Shown: positions 36,228 to 41,141 of the stretch, piece after piece
How the letters are laid out: every line of letters starts with the position of its first letter
How positions within the stretch are numbered: position 1 is the stretch's first letter
Assembly (NCBI GenBank): GCA_029259115.1
Contig: JAPDJO010000012.1
Coordinates: forward strand, 1 to 41,141
Reading direction: 5' to 3'
Source: Thermoplasmatota archaeon
GTDB lineage: Archaea; Thermoplasmatota; E2; DHVEG-1; B18-G2
Length of the DNA stretch: 41,141 nucleotides
Position numbers and translations under genes: made by a program
Notes under the pieces: model-generated
Told to the model about the DNA's origin: nothing
Database searches by the model: none
What the model saw: the letters and a program-made list of their open reading frames with translations, nothing else

Positions 36228-39200
36228 TTAGTGTTGTCTCTTTCTCAGCAGTATGAATGCCACTCCAATTGCCGCTATCAGTGTTACTAGTTCGAATCCT
36301 GGTATTCCTCCTGGTTTTACTTTTATGTCTATTTGTGCTGACTTATATCCTTCTTTCTCTACAGTTACTGTATATGTTGTCTCCTTGCTTACTGTTGGTG
36401 CTGTCAGTGTTACTCCCTCAGGAGCAGTTACAGTTCCCTCAGCTATAAGTTCACCATCTTTTAGTATCTTGATATGCACACCGTATACTGCACCAGTATC
36501 AGAGGTTACTTTAACTTTGAACTTCTGACCAGATGTTAATGTTCCTTCTGGACTCACATATACATATAGTTGTGGTACATTTACAATTGTTATATCTTTC
36601 TGTGCTGTAGCATAACCGGCTTTCCTTGCAGTTATTGTATATGTTGCATATGGTAAGTTACCAAATACCGCACCAGTGAATGTTACCTCTCCGTTGCTAT
36701 CTGTTTCTTTTGTATTTCCTGCGAATTCGACTTGCACTCCTTCTACTGGTAAACCATTCTCGTCAGTTACCTTGACTGTAAACTCTTCATCTTCGTAAGC
36801 CTGATCTGGTGCCTCGATCTTGAGCTGATATGATGTTATCTCAATCTTTGTATCTACCGGTCTTTCTTCTACGTAGATGTCTATGTATCCTGTCGCTGTA
36901 GGTACAAACGCAAACAACGCTATTCCATCACTTCCTGTTGTGCTATTGAGTTCTAGGTTACCTGGTCCCTTTAAGGTGATGTTTACACCTTCAAGTGGTT
37001 CGCCTCTACCAGTCGCTTTCACTTTTACTTTGGTAGGCTCGTTAAGTGCGATTATATCTGGTGTCGGCTCTACGTGTGGGACAGTTACTACTAGCACTCC
37101 TGTGGCATTTGCAAAGTCAGCACCGTCTTCTGGTTTATATTTGAAGGTGATTTTCATCTCACTCCTATCTGCTGATAAGTTGGATGCAGTTATGTTGTAA
37201 ATAGTTATCATGCCGTTTTCTAGGGTAACCTCAAGATAAGCATTCGGATCTGCTGTAGAGTTGACCCATGTCTTGTTGTATGTTCCTGCATCGGTTATGT
37301 TGTATATCCTAAGTGTACCGTTTCCAACGGTCGCGCCCTGCCATTTTACAGTAAATGTTGCCGTTATATTATTGTCGTATTTCCAGATTAATTCCTCCAA
37401 ATCGCAACTTACCTCTACCGGTACGACCTCAAAGGTTGCGTTGAATCCTTCGCTGTTATTAGAGTTGTTGTATGCGTATATCGTGTAAATTCCTGGTTCT
37501 AACGCATATACATTTGTAAGTTCAATGGATGCATCACCATCTAATGGTGACCATCCCCAGCCAGTAAACATGCTTGTCACATCTGCTCCCGTCTCATTGT
37601 ATATCTTGACGTGAAGACCAGAATCCTCAGGTGTTCCGGTCTTGTTTCCAGTTGTCGGATCTACGGTGCTGATATTTATCCATAAATCATAATATTTGCC
37701 TGCCATCAGCGTATTTTTGGAAATTTCTACTTTTAGATCGCTCTTTGGTTTCATTGTTGCAGCTGCATATCCATAGCCAACGTTTGCTAAGGATACGTAT
37801 GCAGCTATGTATCTCGGTGCCTTTATCTCAGTCCATACATTGGTCTGATCATCGGTCTGTTGTGTCACGTTAAAGAGGAATGTGTATTCTCCGGCTGTTG
37901 TTCCACCACCGCTTGTTTCATTTATCTTATAAGCTAAGTCACCTGAGTCATCTACATAGTAAAGAGCAACATATGCATTTGGATATGGATAACCGTTTGC
38001 GTCAGTTACCTTCACGGTTATTGTGACGTTCTCTCCTATCATAAATTCTGTTGGAGAGATGGTTACTACAGTTCCGTTAAGTTGGGATCCTCCTATCAGT
38101 ATAGTATCCTCTGCGGTTCCCCAATCACCCCAGTCTACGCTTATCTTTAGTTCTCCACCATTGAGATCCATTGTTGGGGTAAGTTTAACTGTCCAATTAT
38201 GATCACTGTAGTCCACTACATTAGTAAACATATTGCTGTATTCGTAGAGAGTTTTTCCATCTTCGCCAATGAAGAGGGCATCTCCAGTTAGTGTTATGTT
38301 TTTCTTAGCCTCCTCTACATCACCCTCTCCAAGGTATTCATGATTTCTATTAATGACTTGGAATTTGATCTCTATAGGCTGATTAGCTTCACTTGGTATC
38401 TCTTTTATCTCCTTGTCCTCTGGGCTGATTATCTTTATTTGGATACTGGGTGCTTTTGTAACTACGAATGTAGCACTACCATTCCACTCCTCTACACCAT
38501 CACTGTCTTTATCGTAGCTCACCACTACACGCCATGTTCCATTGATACCCCAAACATATCCATTGCTGTCTCGTCCCCAATTGTCACAATATATTCTGAT
38601 CACACCAGGTTGTGATTGATCTATGTTTGTAATATTTGATGTAACATCTTCCTTCTTACTGTTATAGACTTTGACTGTGAAAAGGCTTGATGTCAGATTT
38701 TCTCCGTCATATCCCTTTATGTAAACTTTTACCTCTCCAGAGAAGTTCCAGTACATTGTTTTGTTTGTCTCAGGTATCTCCAACTGAGGTTCACCAGTAT
38801 TAACAATTATCTTTGCAACCTCTGATATTTTCTCTGGTGGATCCCATGGACCACAGATTGAAGAGTAATTGTCATTTGCATTACTTATGCTTGGATTCGA
38901 GTAGCCATAGTATTCAGTGTAACCTTCCGTTCCATATCCTATCTCTGTTGGATCTATATCTCTGTAGACGAATACGGTGTAGTTACCAGCATACGTTAAA
39001 TTGTGGAGCCAATCTGAATTGAATGTTACGACTCCATCTCCAGCCCACTTGTGGAACACTAAAGAATTATTAGATTCTTTTCTAACATCTACCCAAGCCT
39101 CTGCTGCGCTTCCATCTTCTGTTACAGTTATTGTTATCGTTTCATTTTTACCATAGTAGAGTTCAGTCGTTGATATGTCGACATCAAATGCTTCTGTTCC

Positions 39201-41015
39201 GTTCACCCAGAAGTATGCAAAGTCACTGTCACTACCTTCTGCAGCATCTGTTGGATCAGCATCATTGTCCAATATCCACATACCGGATATATTGAAATAG
39301 ATGTTGTCTTGGAAGCTTTCTACATTTCCGTTGGCCTCTATAGATGCTTTTTCTCCCCCTATCTTGTAAGGTTTCCACTCAATGTAGTAATAGTAAGTTC
39401 CTCCACTTTCCACTCTCTTATAGTACGGGTAATAGAGATGATAAGTTTCTTCATCTGTCAGAGTGGATGTGTTAACTCTTAGGTCTACCGTTGCACCATA
39501 CTTTATGTCCTTTGTATCGGTAGCAATAACATCAACTGCACCATCTTCGGTTCCCTCAAAGAAATCTACACCCAGTTTACCTATCTCCAATGAATTACTG
39601 TTGATAAGGTCAGAGGATGGCGGATCTGGCGTGGAAGCCAATGTTATACCTCCTGTAGGTATCTTGAACTGCAATGTTGCACCTTGGGTAGCTACACCAG
39701 AAATATCGACAACAATGTAGAAGGTTTTGCTTTCGTTCCAGAGTGGAACAGATGAGAAAACATTGCTCCACCAGGAGTTACCTGCATTCCATATCAGATC
39801 TGCCAGTTTTGTGTCCTCATCTGCTTGGAAACCTGATGTGTCACCACTCTCTTCATATATAGCGACATTGGATATATCACTGTCGGTTGCTGTTCCCTCA
39901 TTTTGAACGACTATACCTGAGAAGGCATCGCCATACGCGTCGTTATCATCCTGTTCATACACTATCATATCAGCCGTCTCGTCCCAGTCACCACCATCAT
40001 CGTTTCCATCATAAGATTTGAGGTTCCAATCGCTATCAAAGCCAGCTGACCCATCTGTACCGTCTGATGGAATTGCTCCATCAATCACTTGGTCTGGTTC
40101 TGCTGAGTATGTCCCACCATCGTGGTAGTCCTTAATTATTGCATCGTGATCTTGATCCCAAGCACCCCCCTCTTCAGCATCGTATGAGTAGAAGCCCCAG
40201 TCTGCATCGAAGCCAGCATCTGATTCTGCACCATCATCTGGCGTTTTACCAGCAATAACTTGGTCTGCCTCAGCCGAGTAAGTTCCACCATCGTGGTAGT
40301 CAATAAATATGTCCTCTCCATCGTCATACTCGTTGGCTGTGCCGCCAGCGTCATAGAATGCAAGGTTGTCATCCGCATCAAATGCCTTCAACTCGGTGTT
40401 ATCGTCTGTAAATCCAGATGCGTAATCATTTGGATCATAAATTACGATATCGTCTCCTGCGGTACCATCTTCGTCTCCGTCGGTTGTGCCGTCCGCATCA
40501 TAAACTGTGGTGCCGTCATCGTCATTTGGATCGTAAACGATTGTCTCTCCTTCATCCCACTGATCGTTACCATTTTGATCGTAGTAGTAGAGTGCACCAT
40601 CATCATCATTATCGTATAATGTTTCTAATCCGATTAACGCATCGCCAGCCGATTCACCATCATTCGCTGATCCAGAACCAGTGGTGGTGGAGCCATCACC
40701 GTCAACGAGTGTATCGGCCTGAGCAGTAAACTTGGTGTCTGAATCTTTATCTACGAAGATTGTATCAGCGCTTGCATCCCAAGCACCACCATCACTTGCA
40801 TCGATTGAGCGCATGTTCCAATCTGCATCTGCTCCTGGTGCAATTGTGGTTCCAGCTGGTGGAGCTGTACCTGCTATTAGATCATCAGCCTGTGCTGTGA
40901 ATTTACCGTCACTATCCTTATCCCAGAATATAGTGTCAACAGAATTGTCATAAGGACCTCCGTCATCAACAGCATCTATTGAGTAGAGTTTCCAATCACC
41001 ATCGCATCCGTCAAT
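36228..41015 (-). CDS. Large PGF-CTERM cell-surface (S-layer-like) glycoprotein; true N-terminus not present
   Basis: C-terminal IPGFELVTLIAAIGVAFILLRKRQH; Ig-like beta-rich domains; ~35 N-x-S/T sequons by manual count; no signal peptide visible. Confidence 0.88.
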   Translation of the reverse strand: MDGCDGDWKLYSIDAVDDGGPYDNSVDTIFWDKDSDGKFTAQADDLIAGTAPPAGTTIAPGADADWNMRSIDASDGGAWDASADTIFVDKDSDTKFTAQADTLVDGDGSTTTGSGSANDGESAGDALIGLETLYDNDDDGALYYYDQNGNDQWDEGETIVYDPNDDDGTTVYDADGTTDGDEDGTAGDDIVIYDPNDYASGFTDDNTELKAFDADDNLAFYDAGGTANEYDDGEDIFIDYHDGGTYSAEADQVIAGKTPDDGAESDAGFDADWGFYSYDAEEGGAWDQDHDAIIKDYHDGGTYSAEPDQVIDGAIPSDGTDGSAGFDSDWNLKSYDGNDDGGDWDETADMIVYEQDDNDAYGDAFSGIVVQNEGTATDSDISNVAIYEESGDTSGFQADEDTKLADLIWNAGNSWWSNVFSSVPLWNESKTFYIVVDISGVATQGATLQFKIPTGGITLASTPDPPSSDLINSNSLEIGKLGVDFFEGTEDGAVDVIATDTKDIKYGATVDLRVNTSTLTDEETYHLYYPYYKRVESGGTYYYYIEWKPYKIGGEKASIEANGNVESFQDNIYFNISGMWILDNDADPTDAAEGSDSDFAYFWVNGTEAFDVDISTTELYYGKNETITITVTEDGSAAEAWVDVRKESNNSLVFHKWAGDGVVTFNSDWLHNLTYAGNYTVFVYRDIDPTEIGYGTEGYTEYYGYSNPSISNANDNYSSICGPWDPPEKISEVAKIIVNTGEPQLEIPETNKTMYWNFSGEVKVYIKGYDGENLTSSLFTVKVYNSKKEDVTSNITNIDQSQPGVIRIYCDNWGRDSNGYVWGINGTWRVVVSYDKDSDGVEEWNGSATFVVTKAPSIQIKIISPEDKEIKEIPSEANQPIEIKFQVINRNHEYLGEGDVEEAKKNITLTGDALFIGEDGKTLYEYSNMFTNVVDYSDHNWTVKLTPTMDLNGGELKISVDWGDWGTAEDTILIGGSQLNGTVVTISPTEFMIGENVTITVKVTDANGYPYPNAYVALYYVDDSGDLAYKINETSGGGTTAGEYTFLFNVTQQTDDQTNVWTEIKAPRYIAAYVSLANVGYGYAAATMKPKSDLKVEISKNTLMAGKYYDLWINISTVDPTTGNKTGTPEDSGLHVKIYNETGADVTSMFTGWGWSPLDGDASIELTNVYALEPGIYTIYAYNNSNNSEGFNATFEVVPVEVSCDLEELIWKYDNNITATFTVKWQGATVGNGTLRIYNITDAGTYNKTWVNSTADPNAYLEVTLENGMITIYNITASNLSADRSEMKITFKYKPEDGADFANATGVLVVTVPHVEPTPDIIALNEPTKVKVKATGRGEPLEGVNITLKGPGNLELNSTTGSDGIALFAFVPTATGYIDIYVEERPVDTKIEITSYQLKIEAPDQAYEDEEFTVKVTDENGLPVEGVQVEFAGNTKETDSNGEVTFTGAVFGNLPYATYTITARKAGYATAQKDITIVNVPQLYVYVSPEGTLTSGQKFKVKVTSDTGAVYGVHIKILKDGELIAEGTVTAPEGVTLTAPTVSKETTYTVTVEKEGYKSAQIDIKVKPGGIPGFELVTLIAAIGVAFILLRKRQH
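39940..41015 (-). repeat. Asp-rich ~57-aa (171-nt) repeats with DxDxDG-like loops
   Basis: DKDSDGKFTAQAD/DKDSDTKFTAQAD are 171 nt apart. DYHDGGTYSAE occurs twice, with CCACCATCGTGGTAGTC at 40114 and 40285 (171 nt apart). Confidence 0.8.
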
Positions 41016-41141
41016 ATGAGGGCAAGCGACTTGGGGCTCAAGTCCTGAGAGGTCGTAAACCCTTTCTTCCTTGTACTCTGCATCCGGGTCGCTTCGAACC
41101 TCCTCGAATGGCATCCTCGCCCTCCCCCTCAAGTATCTCCT
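41016..41141 (-). other. Internal fragment of a LeuC/HacA (aconitase-family large subunit) gene, in frame with the surface protein
   Basis: RRYLRGRARMPFEEVRSDPDAEYKEERVYDLSGLEPQVACPH matches the LeuC/HacA pattern YL.GR...SDPDA.Y......DLS.LEPQVA.PH. GC ~56% (71/126 by hand) versus ~40% in 40921-40980. Confidence 0.8.

Overview
A gene-dense, AT-rich archaeal chromosomal segment. It is probably from Thermoplasmatota (inferred from the unsplit rpoB, a DWGDG-type PKD/NosD secreted protein and a PGF-CTERM surface protein). Most of it is housekeeping: three tRNAs (Ser-UGA, intron-containing Met-CAU, Lys-UUU), trpS, lhr-metallophosphoesterase-taw3, the proteasome/exosome superoperon (psmA-SBDS-rrp4-rrp41-rrp42-rpl37ae-rpoP-pcc1), class III RNR (nrdD-nrdG), queE, the RNA polymerase operon (rpoH-B-A'-A''-rpl30e-nusA), a dye-linked proline dehydrogenase-like pdhAFXB cluster, gatE, and a large PGF-CTERM surface glycoprotein. 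Several features are missing from or misrepresented in the ORF track: (i) the window begins in the 3' end of an IS6-family element that truncates a membrane-protein gene; (ii) a solitary archaellin-like gene whose only well-placed start is ACG, divergent from an HTH-PAS regulator, with two copies of a 20-bp palindromic operator between them; (iii) a wHTH gene divergent from nrdD with three phased TTTNTTACCAA repeats, plus a GNRA-capped hairpin between nrdD and nrdG; (iv) rpoP and a 41-aa small ORF; (v) a secreted beta-helix/PKD gene splitting the pdh operon; (vi) the last 126 bp are a GC-rich LeuC/HacA fragment fused in frame to the surface protein, most likely an assembly chimera. The best candidates for undescribed systems are the two regulatory modules (ii, iii). 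I saw no CRISPR array, rRNA or intein. All family assignments come from recognising motifs by eye; no searches were run.
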